A stretch of 63,675 nucleotides of DNA, filler included, from Chiloscyllium plagiosum (taxonomy: Eukaryota): assembly GCF_004010195.1 (NCBI RefSeq). It is 4 parts of one record of this genome, joined end to end, with 100 filler letters (N's around TTAATTAATTAA, not from the genome) between each part and the next. Parts side by side here need not be neighbours in the genome. Positions count along the whole stretch, not along the records: positions 16,651 to 35,410 come from NC_057710.1; positions 35,511 to 60,199 come from NC_057710.1; 2 more parts are not named here. One strand, given 5' to 3'. This document shows, one piece after another, positions 24,490-37,229 of the stretch (position 1 is its first letter; the number at the start of each line of letters is the position of its first letter). The notes under the pieces were generated by a model, which searched no databases, was not told where the DNA came from, and saw nothing but the letters and a program-made list of their open reading frames with translations. Both the position numbers and the translations under genes were made by a program.

Positions 24490-26273
24490 TCCCGCCCACC
24501 TTCCGAGGACCCCTTCGCCCACCTCCAACACATACCATCATCTCCCAGACCATACAGAACCCTCATCACCTCAGGAGATCTTCCACCCACAGCTTCCAAC
24601 CTCATAGTGCGGGGTTCCCGGACTGCCTGGTTCTACTTCCTTCCCAAGATCCACAAGCCTGACCACCCTGGCCGACCCATTGTCTCAGCATGCTCCTGCC
24701 CCACTGAACTCACCTCTACCTACCTCGACACTGTCCTATTCCCCCCTAGTCCAGGAACTTCCCACATACGTTCGAGACACCACCCACACCCTCCACCTCC
24801 TCCAAGACTTCCGTTTCTCCGGCCCCCAACGCCTCATCTTCACCATGGATATCCAATCCCTCAACATCTCCATCCGCCATGACCAGAGCCTCCAAGCCCT
24901 CCGTTTTTTCCTCTCCAGACGTCCCCAACAGTACCCTTCTACCGACACTTATTCGTTTGGCCGAACTGGTCCTCACCCTTAACAATTTCTCCTTCGAATC
25001 CTTCCACTTCCTCCAGACCAAAGTGGTAGCCGTGGGCACACGTATGGGCCCCAGCTATGCCTGTCTCTTTGTTGGCTACGTAGAACAGTTGATCTTCCGT
25101 AATTACACTGGCACCACTCCCCACCTCTTCCTCTGCTACATTGATGACTGCATTGGCGCCACCTCGTGCTCCCGCAAGGAGGTTGAGCAATTCATCAACT
25201 TCACCAACACATTCCACCCTGACCTTAAATTTACCTGGACCATCTCTGACACCTCCCTCTCCTTCCTGGACCTCTTCATCTCCATTAATGACGTCCAACT
25301 TGACACTGACATTTTTTACAAACCCACCGACTCCCACAGCTATCTGGATTACATCTTTTCCCACTCTACCTCCTGCAAAAATGCCATCCCGTATTCCCAA
25401 TTCCTCCGCCTCATCTGATCCCAGGAGGACCAGTTCCACCACAGAACACACCAGATGGCCTCCTTCTTTAGAGACTGCAATTTCCCTTCCCACGTGGTTA
25501 AAGATGCCCTCCAACGCATCTTGTCCACATCCCGCACCTCCGCCCTCAGACCCTACCCCTCCAACCTTAACAAGGACAGAACGCCCCTGGTGCTCACCTT
25601 TCACCCTACCAACCTTCACATAAACCAAATCATCCAATGACATTTCCGCCACCTCCAAAAAGACCCCACCACCAGGGATATATTTCCCTCCCCACCCCTT
25701 TCCGCCTTCCGCAAAGACCGTCCCCTCTGTGACTACCTGGTCAGGTCCACTCCCCCCTACAACCCACTCTCCCATCCTGGCACATTCCCCTGCCACCGCA
25801 GGAATTGCAAAACCTGCGCCCACACCTCCTCCCTCACCTCNNNNNNNNNNNNNNNNNNNNNNNNNNNNNNNNNNNNNNNNNNNNNNNNNNNNNNNNNNNN
25901 NNNNNNNNNNNNNNNNNNNNNNNNNNNNNNNNNNNNNNNNNNNNNNNNNNNNNNNNNNNNNNNNNNNNNNNNNNNNNNNNNNNNNNNNNNNNNNNNNNNN
26001 NNNNNNNNNNNNNNNNNNNNNNNNNNNNNNNNNNNNNNNNNNNNNNNNNNNNNNNNNNNNNNNNNNNNNNNNNNNNNNNNNNNNNNNNNNNNNNNNNNNN
26101 NNNNNNNNNNNNNNNNNNNNNNNNNNNNNNNNNNNNNNNNNNNNNNNGATGAAGGGCTTTTGCCCCGAAACGTCGATTCGCAGCTCCTCGGATGCTGCCT
26201 GAACTGCTGTGCTCTTCCAGCACCACTAATCCAGAATCTGGTTTCCAGCATCTGCAGTCATTGTTTTTACCTA
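24490..26273 (+). mobile_element. Penelope-like retroelement (Neptune-like): frameshifted RT, Cys-rich linker and family-A hammerhead tail
   Basis: FYFLPKIHKPDHPGRPIVS, GTRMGPSYACLFVG, YIDD, FLDL, FYKPTDSHSYLDY, then GTFPCHRRNCKTCAH before the gap 25841-26147; tail gatgaagggcttttgccccgaaacgtc after the gap. Confidence 0.85.
25841..26147. other. assembly gap
   Basis: N run. Confidence 1.
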
Positions 26274-26284
26274 CCTTGAGGACA

Positions 26285-27090
26285 CTAACCCCACCATACT
26301 GTTCTGTGTAAAACCTTCCTTACTGTTCTGCTTTGACACAATTACCTTGATAATTTACCTTTCTACCTTAATTAGTTTGATGTGAAGGATCTGGTGTTGG
26401 ACTGGGGTGGACAAAGTTAAAAATCACATTACACCAAGTTATAGTCCAACAGGTTTATTTGGAAGCACTAGATTTCGAAATGCTGCTCTTTCATCAGGTA
26501 GCTTTAGAAGAGGATCTGTCTTATGATCCTCTTCCAAATCTATGTGATGAAGGAGCAGTGGTCCGAAAGCTAGTGCTTTCAAACAAACCTGTTGGACTAT
26601 AACCTATTCGTGTGTGATTTTTTAAACTTAATTAATTTGTACAGTTTTGGATTACTTATTACTTTGGTTAGACCCTTGTCACACGACTCTTATACCTATC
26701 ATGTTATTTCAGCCATTTGGTTTGTCTCTTGGACCATCTTTTTTTTGATCGTTTGTAATTATTTCTCCACCGTAATTAATAGGTCATCCCTTCACTTGCT
26801 ATTCAGCTGGTGACACTTTACTCGCACCATTTGACACTGCTGATCACCTGTGAAGACTTGTTATTCAGCATGTTGATACTCACACTATTTGTATTTATCT
26901 TTTGGCATTCTTATTTACCTGGCATTATCTTGCCATTACCCCTCTGCATGTAAATTCTGTGCCAGTGTGCTTCCCTGTACTTCACCTGACAAAGGAGCAG
27001 TGCTCCAAATAAACTGCCTGGACTATAACCTGGTGTCATGTGACTTGTGACATTGCCCATCCCAGTCCAACGCCAGCATCTCCACATCAG
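26285..27090 (+). mobile_element. family-B Penelope-like 3' region, interrupted by a family-B fold-back element
   Basis: Inverted homolog of 23790-24330; tail ggactataacctggtgtc..cccagtccaacgccagcatctccacatc. Confidence 0.7.
26379..26630. mobile_element. fold-back family-B element
   Basis: Arms aaaaatcac..atagtccaacaggttt..ttcatcagg / tgatgaaggagcagtggtccgaaagctagtg..gtgattttt; flanks ttaattagtttg / ttaattaatttg. Confidence 0.8.
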
Positions 27091-27769
27091 AAAAATAAAA
27101 CACTAAGTTCCAAAAGCATGTGTTTTATTAGGATCTGAAAAAGATGAACTATTCAGTCAAAAAATTTCAATCATGAAAAGCAAAACAATTGAGTTTGACC
27201 CAGACCTCCCACAAGGCACATACGTGCAATATGAGTCTAAGGGGTTACTGGATAGTAAGCAAGTACGAAACTTTGAATCAAATCTTAACTCATTTGATTT
27301 GCAAGATTTTTAACAAGTAAAACAACTGTTAAATGAAACTATTTATTAAAGACATGACAAGAGGTTCAAAAGTGTTGCACATTTCAACAAAGATTTAAAC
27401 GGGCTGCAATTGAAAAGTCACTGCTCCCCTGCAACACAAACCTCAGCTGCACATCCAGGGAGGAGAATCTCATTTGCATGTGACAGACAGCTCCAAGTGC
27501 TTCTTTGGCCAATTTATTGGTGCCCAACTGTCACACACACAGAATTTTGAATGTGTGTCCAGTCATAAAAGAAACCAAAACAAAATCCATTAATATAACT
27601 TTGTCACTTCACCTGACAAAACAGCAGCACTCTGAAAGCTTGCGATTTGAAATCAACCTGTTGGAGTCTAAGCCAGTGTTGTGTGACACATTTTTCCATG
27701 ACCACCAGATATTCCTATAGTGTTGCACTAGTGGTGCTTAGTTGCTAGTTTTCTGAACAGCAATTGCAA

Positions 27770-27960
27770 CAATGCAGTGGGATTCTTTATGCCCAAAATA
27801 AAAGGGAAAACTGTCTTGGTTTTTATGTCTCTTCTGAAAATTCCCCCAGCAGTGCACAACTGCTTGGCACTGACTTAATTAAATGCCAGCCTATATTTTT
27901 GTATTCAAGTCCTGGAGTGAGTGTGGGACCCACAACCTGTGATATCCGAGTCATGGCTAA
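27770..27960 (-). mobile_element. degenerate tRNA-derived SINE
   Basis: Minus strand ttgtgggtcccacactcactccaggacttgaatacaaaaatataggctggca resembles a shark SINE head. Confidence 0.35.
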
Positions 27961-28089
27961 CAGGAGGACGATTTACCAGTGAAACATGCGCCATTCCCTA
28001 ATTCCCACCTCCTCATGATATCTCAGCCCTAATCTAGTGTCTACCTCAGGGGCTAAGCACCCTGGCAGGGCTGGGTTCCACTTCGTTTT

Positions 28090-29470
28090 AAACTAATTTG
28101 TGGGATGTGGGCATTGCTGACTGGCCAGCTCATTCCTAGTTACTCTTGAAAAGGTGGTGGTGAGCTTCCCTCTATAACTGCTGCAGTTCTCCTGCTATGG
28201 GTTGACCCAATATTCATATAGGGAGAGAACTGCAGGAATTTAACCCAGCGACAGTGAAGGCATGGCGATATATTTTCAAGACAGGATGTTGAGTGGCTTG
28301 GAGGTGAACTTGAAAGTGATGGTGTTCCGATGTATCTTCTCCTCTTGTCCTCCAAGATGTGGGTTGGAAGGTGCTGTCTGATGATCCTTGGTAAACTTCT
28401 GCAGTGCATCTTGTTGATAGTATACACACTGCTGCTACTGAGCATTGGTGATGGAGGAGTGGATGCAGCGCCAATCAAGTGGGCTGCTTTGTCCTGGATG
28501 GTGTCAAGCTTCTGGAGTGTTGTTGGAGCTGTGCCCATCCAGGCACGTGGGGAGTATTCCACCACACACCTGATTTGTGTCCTGTAGATGATAGACAGAT
28601 TTCGGGAGTCAGGAGGTGGGTTATTCACCCCAGCATTCCTAGCCTCTGACCTGCTTTTGTAGCCACTGTGTTTATGTGGCGAGTCCAGTTGAGTTTCTTG
28701 TCAATGGTAACCCACAGGATGTAGACAGTGGAGGGTCAGAGATGGCAGCATCATTGAATGTTTTGGGGTGGTGGCTAGATTGTCTCTTATTGGTTATGCA
28801 CATTGAATTAAATTAGCTTTATTGTCACATGTACTCATTTAGTAGTGAAAAGTTTACAAGCCGCCACCTACGCCACTATTTTAGGTAAAGGTACCTAGGT
28901 ACAGATTCTTCAGTATAAGTTCTTAGAAAAAAAATTAGAAAAGAAAGAAATTAAGAAGTCCAGCAATGCAGACGGCAGACATAAACTAGAAAACAGAAAT
29001 AAGAAGCTCAGAACAATGGTCCTTCCAACCCAGTCCACAGTGACACCTAGCCTCCAGTCCATGGCTGGGAAACCGCTCTGGAATAATCTCAAGATTGAAA
29101 GCCCATGCTGAGCTGAAAGACCACCATGGGCCACTGAAAGATCATTATCCCAGGCTGAGAGATTGTCATGTACTGCCGAAAGACCACCATGCCAGGCCAA
29201 GAGATTGATACGCACTGCCAAAAGACCACTACGCTGGGCCGACAGACCTGGCGTGCTCATAGCTTGGCATTTGTGTGGTGCAAATGTTACTTGCCTTTTG
29301 TCAGCTGAAGCCTGTGTATTGTCCAGATCTTTTTGCATTTGAACATGGATTGCTTCAGAATTTGACCAATTGTGAATACTGCTGAATATTGTGCTGATCA
29401 GTGAACATCCCCACTTCTGACCTTATGATAGGGAAGGTCATTGATGAAGAAGCTGAAGATGATTGGGCCT
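28090..29470 (-). mobile_element. L2/CR1-clade LINE 3' end, interrupted at ~28806-29255
   Basis: YRTQIRCVVEYSPRAW..LQKLDTIQDKAAHLIG; QKDLDNTQASADKRQVTFAPHKCQAM; same family as 36205-37225. Confidence 0.75.
29112..29258. repeat. degenerate 21-bp tandem repeat (~7 units) inside an inserted element
   Basis: gctgaaagaccaccatgggcc / actgaaagatcattatcccag / gctgagagattgtcatgtact / gccgaaagaccaccatgccag ... Confidence 0.7.
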
Positions 29471-31624
29471 GTGTGTTTCAGAAAACATGCTTCAGCTTTT
29501 GGAACATACAGACCAGGAAGAGACTATCCAACCTAAGTAGTTCCTGCACAAACCCCATTTCTTTAAGAGTTGTGTTGGTATTCTGCAAGTGACACACTAT
29601 ACATATCTCACTAATTTTTCTGCCCCTTCTAGTTCAATAGCATAACCTCTTCCTGTGCCTGAAATTCTACCTCTGTATGTTCCTGACAGTTTCTTCTAAG
29701 TGACAGCTTTTTTTGTATGCACTGAAAGTGAAATTTCTAAAAAGAAACTGAAATGAAATTTCTAAAAAGAAACTGAAATGAAAATTCTCTCTGACCTTGC
29801 CAAATTTCATGAATCTTTTAAAACATTTTCAATAGTCACATCAAAATAACTATGGCCTAACCATGACTTCTTTCTCAGTCACAAGTCCTCTTTTATTTTA
29901 ATTTTGTTTCCCCTTCCTTTCTTACTGCACATCTTGTTGCTGAGGTGAGGTTATTGGGCATGGTGTATACTGAACCGGCCTTTCCCAAAGCAGTATTTCC
30001 CTTCAGCTTTAACACTCTGCTTCCTCACTTCTACAAGACTTGCTTCTAATCTCTAACGCTTTATTTTTGAAATAATATTACAGTGTACTTATCTACAATG
30101 AAAGAACTGCAAATATGGTGATTTGAGGAAGAGTAGAATAAAAGAGTAATATATAGCACTGGCAATGGTAAAAGGGAATCATGGTAATTGAAGCTTCAGG
30201 AACGCAATGAAACCAAGAGGGATGTGGTAACAGCATGGGCTTAAAAGGTAAGAGATACAACAAGTGACCCCAAGAGTAGGAAGGGAGAAAAAAAATTCAA
30301 GTTTCTGCTCTCGCTTCCGATTACTTCTGCTCCATGTGTATGCATCCAAATTTAATTGAGAACAACATCAACTTGCCCATCATGTTCAAATTACTCTTCA
30401 ACTATTTTCTTTTTTACAGAAAAAATGTCAATGCTATGTTTTCTTGCATTATCATCAGCAAAAAGTTTCAAAGAGTTTCAATGAACTTGTTAAGCAAGAC
30501 ATTCATCCATAATAAATAATAAATTACGCTTCCTCCCTCTTAATATGACAAATTAAATGTTTCATTATCCTCTTCCAGTATAGATTTATATTTGACACTA
30601 TACAGTCCACAATTCAAGTAAGGATATTAGTTGGGTTCAATAGTCTAGTTTTCTGTGATGAAATGTTCTAGTATGTGAAACAGGTCAGGTACAAGCTAAA
30701 AGAGTTAATTATAAAATTAAATTGGTCTTAGTGGGATCATAACAGTTCTGCTTGTACTGCTTCAAAAATTATATCAATTTATTGGAAATAGTTGAAATCA
30801 GAATTGGAAGACTGATTCCAGAAGGATTCTAGAGGTAAAAAACAAGAATTTTGAAAAGTTGGCTACCTTGGGATTAATTGGAATTTTTTTTCAAGTTTCT
30901 CTTTTCAAAAAAGACTGAAGGGGGTTTTATTTAAGATAATGAAAGCCTTGAATGAACTTAATTGGATTCAGCTGAACTTCATTGCCATACAAAGTTCAAG
31001 AATGAACTGAGAACAACAAAATGATAATGTCATTTTTTTCAGTAAACAGGTGAAACATATTAGTCAGCAAGAATAGTGGTTCAAATAAAAAATTCATTCC
31101 GGGAATATGAGGCCAGGATTTATTGTCTATGCATAATTGCCCTTGAGAAGGTGGGAAAACTATAATGTCATTTTAGATAAATTCTTAACAATTTATCTTG
31201 TGGAAAATTTAATCAGTAGAATGAGTGGAATAGAAGTCAATTCTACCCTGAATCTGTTTCAATAGCAAACCTCACTTCAGATGATATGTTATATTACAAG
31301 ACCACATCTAAAAACATTCTAGGTAAAGGTCTGCTTCTGCACTGGTCATTTAGAAATCCTGCAAACTATGGAGTGAGTGCATGTTGGTATCAGGGCTTGT
31401 TGAAGTTTGGACTACAGGATTCAGACTCCCAATGTTGACAACCTGTATACCAATATTTATGCTGACCTCTGGTAGTTTTCCTTTTTCCATTAATGTGTGA
31501 AAGAATTCTCTTGGTACATACTGAAGTTGCTAAATTTCCCACTTGCAACTATTGTTCAAGTTTCAGAAAAGAAAGTGGAAGATAAAATAGCAAAAATAAA
31601 CGAGACACTGTGGATCAAAAAAAC

Positions 31625-32115
31625 ACTAAAGATGTTATTAAATTGGAGTCCGTTCAGAAAAGATTGTTTTCGGGAGTGGAGGGTTTGAGTTATAGGGAGA
31701 GGCTGGATAGGATGGGACTTTTTTCACTGGAGCGCAGGAGGTTGAGGGGTGACTTTATGGAAGTTTATAAAATCCAAAGGGGCATAGATAAGGTGAATAG
31801 CAAACATCTTTTCACTGGGGTGGGGGGTGTTCAAAACTAGAGGGCATATTTTTAAGGTGAGGAGAAAGATTTAAAAGGGACCTGAGAGGACCTTTTCACA
31901 AAAAGGGCAGCTCATATGTGGAATGAGCTGGCAGAGGAAGTGTTGATGCAGGTACAGTTACAATGTTTATAAGACATTTGGACAGGTACATGAATAGGAA
32001 AGGATTAGAGGGATATAAGCAAAACACAGGGAAATGTGACTCGATTAGTTTTGGAAATGTGGTTGGCGTAGACAAGTTGGACCAAAGGTTCTGTTTCAAT
32101 GCTGTATGACTATAA
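31625..32115 (+). mobile_element. CR1 LINE 3' end
   Basis: LSYRERLDRMGLFSLERRRLRGDFMEVYK. Confidence 0.85.
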
Positions 32116-32418
32116 CTATTTTAATGCCATTTAATTATTGTTAATGCTGGTTCTATTTTTACAACTATGCATGCGGAAATTATATATCAGTGCTTGCTTT
32201 ATAGCAAAATTGAAGATTGAGCTCATGCACAGCACTCAAGCACAAATATTAAGCACCTTCTGCTTTGTTTACTAGATGGTGCAACTCAGTTGGTGAAATG
32301 GAAACTGAACGTTATTTAACTGAACAGCCACATGAGCCATAACAATGTAGTGAAATAAAGAGGAATAAGCTGATTAGGGATAGGCAACAGTTTTGTGAAG
32401 GGTATGACGTGCCTCACC

Positions 32419-34027
32419 ATAAGACATAGGAGTGGAAGCAAGGCCATTCAGCCCATCGAGTCTACTCGGCCATTTAATTATGGCAGATTGGTGTTTCAAT
32501 TCCACTTATCTGCACTCTCCCCGTAGCCCTTAATTCCTTGCGAGATCCAGAATTTATCAATCTCTGACTTGAAGACACCCAATGTCCTGGCCTCCACTGC
32601 ACTCTGTGGCAATGAATTCCACAGGCCCATCACTCTGGCTGAAGAAATGTCTCCTCATTTCCATTCTAAATTGACCCCATTTAAATTCAAGGCTATGCCC
32701 AAGGGTCCTAGTCTCCCTTCCTAACAGAAACAACTTCCCAGTGTCAACCCTTTCTAAGCCATGCATTATCTTGTAAGTTTCTATTAGATCTTCCCTCAAC
32801 CTTCTAAACTCTAATGAATACAATCCCAGGGTCCTCAGCCGATATGTTAGGCCTACTATTCCAGGGATCTTCCATGTGAATCTCCGCTGGACAAGCTCCA
32901 GTGCCAGTATGTCCTTCCTGAGGTGTGGGGCCCAAAATTGGACACAGTATTCTAAATGGGGCCTAACTCGAGCTTTATAAAGTCTCAGAAGCACGTTGTT
33001 GCTTTTATATTCCAACCTTCTTGAGATAATTGACAACATTACATTGCTTTCTTAATTACAGACTCAACCTGCAAATCAACCTTTAGAGAATCCTGGACTA
33101 GCACTCCCAGATCCCTTTGTATTTTGGCTTTATGAATTTTCTCACCATTTAAAAACAGCCAATGCCAGTTTTTTTTTCCAAAGTGCAAGACCTTGCACTT
33201 ACTCACATTGAATTTCATCAGCCATTTCCTGGACTACTCTCTTAAAATGTCGAAATCTTTCTGAGGCCTCCCCACCTCCTCAGCACTATCTACCAGCACT
33301 ATCTACCTGTCCGCCTAACTTCGTTATCATCGGTGAACTTCGCCAGAATGCCACAGTCCCTTTATCCAGATCATTAATATATAAAGCGAACAGCTGTGGC
33401 CCCAAATCCGAACCCTTCGGGACCCCACTTGTGAGTTGCCATTCGGAAAAAGAACCTTTCAACCCAACTCTCTGCCTTATGTTAGACAGCCAATCCCCAA
33501 TCCATGGGCCATCACCTTACTCAGCCTTCTGGAAATAGATGACATCCGCTGGGTCTCCCTGGTCTAACCTACTTGTTAACTCTTCAAAGAATTCTAACAG
33601 GTTTGTCAGGTACGACCTCCCCTTGCTAAATCCATGCTGACTTGTTCGTATCCGACCGTTCACTTCCAAGAATTTAGAAATTTCATCCTTGATGATGGAT
33701 TGCAGAATTCTATCTACAACCAAGGTTAGGCTAATCGTCCTATAATTTTCCATCTTTTGTCTTGATCCTTTCTTGAACAAGGGGGTTACAACAGTGACTT
33801 TCCAATCGTTTGGGACTTTCCCTGACTCCAGTGATTTTTGAAAGATCACAGTCAGCGCCTCCACTATTTCCTCAGCCACCTCTCTCAGAACTATACGATA
33901 TAGCCCATCGGGGTTAGGAGATTTATTGATTTTTAGACCTTTTAGCTTTTCTAGCACTTTCTCTTTTGTAATGGCTACCATACTCAACTCTGCCCCCCGA
34001 CACTCTAATTGTTGGGATATTACTCAC
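32419..34027 (-). mobile_element. CR1 LINE fragment nested in another CR1
   Basis: ORFs 32557-33039 and 33517-33987 (RT motifs). Confidence 0.88.
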
Positions 34028-34935
34028 GAACTTTATTGAGTTCTTTGAGAAAGTGGCGAAACAGGTGGATGAGGGCAAAGCAGTTGATGTGGTGTATGTG
34101 GATTTCAGTAGGCACTTGATAAGGTTCCCCAATGTAGGCTATTGCACAAAATGCAGAGGCGTGGGATTAAGGGTGATTTAGCAGCTTGGATGAGAAATTG
34201 GCTAGCTGAAAGATGATGGGGGTGGTGGTTGATGGGAAATGTTCATCCTGGAGTTCAGTTACTAGTGGTGTACCACAAGGATCTGTTTTGGGCCAGTGAT
34301 GTTTGTCATTTTTATAAATGACCTGGATGTGAGGTGATTCACTTTGGAAGGAGTACCAGGAATACAGAGCACTGGGTTAATGGAAGATTCTTGGTAGAGT
34401 GGATGAGCAGAGAGATCTCAGCGTTCACGTACATAGATCTCTGAAAGTTGCCACCCAGGTTTTTAGGGTTGTCACAAAGGCATTCAGTGTGTAGTTTTTA
34501 TTAGTAGAGGGATTGAGTTTCAGAGCCATGAGGTCATACTGGGGCTGTACAAAACTCTGGCGCGGCCGCACTTGGAGTATTGCGTACAGTTCTGGTCACC
34601 GCATTATAGGAAAGACATGGAAGCTTTGGAAAGGTTACAGAGATTTACCAGGATGTTGCCTGGTATGGAGGGGAGGCCTTATGAGGAAAGACTGAGGGAC
34701 TTGAGGCTGTTTTCATTAGAGAGATGATGATTGAGGTGACTTCCTTGAGACAAATAAGATAATCAGAGTTAGATAGGGTGGATAGTGAGAGCCATTTTCC
34801 TCGAATGTGACGGCTAGCACGAGGGGACTTACCTTTAAATTGAGGAATGGTCGATATAGGATAGATCTCAGGAGGTAGTTTCTTCACTCAGAGTAGTAGG
34901 GGTGTGGAACACCCTGCTTGCAACAATGGTAGACT
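34028..34935 (+). mobile_element. CR1 LINE fragment (continues from 32350-32418)
   Basis: ...gtgcctcac | gaactttattgagttcttt (CLTNLIEFF), GVPQGSV, HLEYCVQFWSP segments. Confidence 0.8.
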
Positions 34936-35410
34936 TGAGGAGAAAGTGAGGTCTGCAGATGCTGGAGATCAGAGCTGGAAATGTGTTGCTGGAAAAGCGC
35001 AGCAGGTCAGGCAGCATCCAGGGAACAGGAGAATCGATGTTTCGGGCATAAGCCCTTCTTCAGGAATGAGGAAAGTGTGTCCAGCAGGCTAAGATAAAAG
35101 GTAGGGAGGAGGGACTTGGGGGAGGGGCGTCGGAAATGTGATAGGTGGAAAGAGGTCAAGGTGAGGGTGATAGGTCAGACGGGGGTGGGGGCGGAGAGGT
35201 CGGGAAGAAGATTGCAGGTTAGGAAGGCGGTGCTGAATTCGATGGATTTGACTGAGACAAGGTGGGGGGAGGGGAAATACCTTGTCTCAGTCAAATCCAT
35301 CGAACTCAGCACCGCCTTCCTAACCTGCAATCTTCTTCCCGACCTCTCCGCCCCCACCACAGTCTGACCTATCACCCTCACCTTGACCTCCTTCCACCTA
35401 TCACATTTCC
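34936..35410 (-). mobile_element. family-A Penelope tail with long inverted duplication, cut by spacer
   Basis: Hammerhead-like 35032-35067 (minus); 132-bp inverted repeat 35132-35263 / 35279-35410. Confidence 0.8.
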
Positions 35411-35510
35411 NNNNNNNNNNNNNNNNNNNNNNNNNNNNNNNNNNNNNNNNNNNNTTAATTAATTAANNNNNNNNNNNNNNNNNNNNNNNNNNNNNNNNNN
35501 NNNNNNNNNN
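35411..35510. other. artificial 100-bp contig spacer
   Basis: N44-TTAATTAATTAA-N44. Confidence 0.9.
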
Positions 35511-35800
35511 CATCCTAAGTCATGCCTCACCGCATCATAATTTCCCTGCCCCCAGCTATAACTCTTGCCCTGCAGTGCACACTTATCCCTCTCCATCACT
35601 AGAGTAAAAGTCACCGAATTGTGGTCACTGTCCCCAAAGTGCTCACCTATCTCCAATTCTAACACCTGGCCTGGTTCGTTACCCAGAACCAAATCCAGTA
35701 TGGCCTCACCTCTTGTTGGCCTATCTACATATTGTGTCAGGAAACCCTCCTGCAGACATTGGACAAACACTGACCCATCTAACGAACTAGAGCTATAGCT
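35511..35800 (-). mobile_element. CR1 ORF2 APE fragment
   Basis: QYVDRPTRGEAILDLVLGN..GDSDHNSV. Confidence 0.85.
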
Positions 35801-36204
35801 ATATCTGAAAGGGGATGATACCTTCCCCCTATATGATCGTACATGGCGTCTCTGAAATTCAACTGAACTACATAAGCTATTATCAACATGTTTGTTGGTT
35901 ACCATGGGAAGGCCATCTTCAATGCTCTAACTCTCTGCTCTTCACATACTTCCGAAATGTCGGTGACATTTTCACAATATCGGAGTCTGAAGCCACATCA
36001 TAATTTTATTACAGCTCAATATTCTCCATTATAATAAAACAAAGAACTGTGGATGCTGGAAATCTGAAAAATACAAACATGAAATATTGAAAAAACTCAA
36101 ATCTAGCAGCCTCTGTCAACAGAAAAATTAATATTTCAAGCCCAGTGTCTCTTCTTCAGAACCCATCTCATTAGTTCAAATATGGATAAAACATCTGAAT
36201 TTTA

Positions 36205-37225
36205 CAGGTGAGCAGGGAGTGACTGCCTTTGAAGTCAAGGCCACATTTGACAGTGTGGTATCAAGGACTCCTAACCAAACTAGTCCATGAGAATCAGAGG
36301 AAATTCTCCACTCCTACCTGACACAGGGATTATGATTGTTGGAAGTCAGTCATCTCATCTCTAAGATCTCTCTGCAGGTCTTCCTCAGGGAATATCCTAG
36401 ACTCAGCTATCTTTAGCTGCTTCAATAATGACCTACCCTCCATTATAAGGCCAGAAGTGGGGATATTTGCTGATCATTAAACAATGTGCAACCCCATTCA
36501 GAATCCTCAGATGCTGAAGCATCCAGGTTCAAATACAGCAAGATCTGAACAATATTCAGGCTTGTGCTGACAAATGCCAAGGAACATTTTCACCTTGTAA
36601 GCTTCAGGCAAAGACCATCTCCAACAAAAAACAGAACCTAACCATTGCTCCTTGATATTCAATGGCATAAGCATCATCAAATCCCCACTGTCAACATCAT
36701 GGGGATTACCTGAACTGAACAAGCTATTAGCCATAGTCCTTACAAGCCAACAGTGTGATGGAATACTGTCCACTTGCCTGGATGAGTTGGCTCCAAAACA
36801 CTCAAGAAACATGACATCATCCAGGACAAAGTGGTCCACCTGTGTTTTTGGATGTGATTCCATTGACTCCCTCAACTACTGACACTCAAAAGCAGCAAAG
36901 TACCACCTTCAAGATGCAGTGCAAAAATTTACCGAAGTTCCTAAGACAGCACGGTCCAAATCCCGTGACCACTACCACGTAAAAGGACAAGGGTAGCAGC
37001 TACATAGGAACACCACCACCTTCAAGTTCTCCTGCAACACACAGCATCATCATGCAGAAATACATTGCCGCTCTTTCTGTGTCAAAAGTCCTGGAACTCC
37101 CTCCCAAATTATATTGTGAGACTATCTGCACCAAAATGATTGCAGTAGTTCAAGGCAACGGTCCACCACCATCTTTTCAAGGGCAACTAGGTATGGACAA
37201 TAAATGCTGCTGCAGCTAGTGTCGT
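36205..37225 (+). mobile_element. degenerate L2/CR1-clade LINE 3' end
   Basis: Homologous to 28090-29470. Confidence 0.7.
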
Positions 37226-37229
37226 CCAG

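Noticed and set aside
25729..26251. Long ORFs spanning N runs (also 55749-56928)
   Set aside because: Artefacts of translating gaps.
29112..29258. CRISPR-like periodicity
   Set aside because: Contiguous degenerate 21-mers with no repeat-spacer structure, in a vertebrate genome.
29729..29785. Short tandem duplications (also 18661-18693, 22406-22451, 55439-55490)
   Set aside because: Ordinary local slippage duplications.
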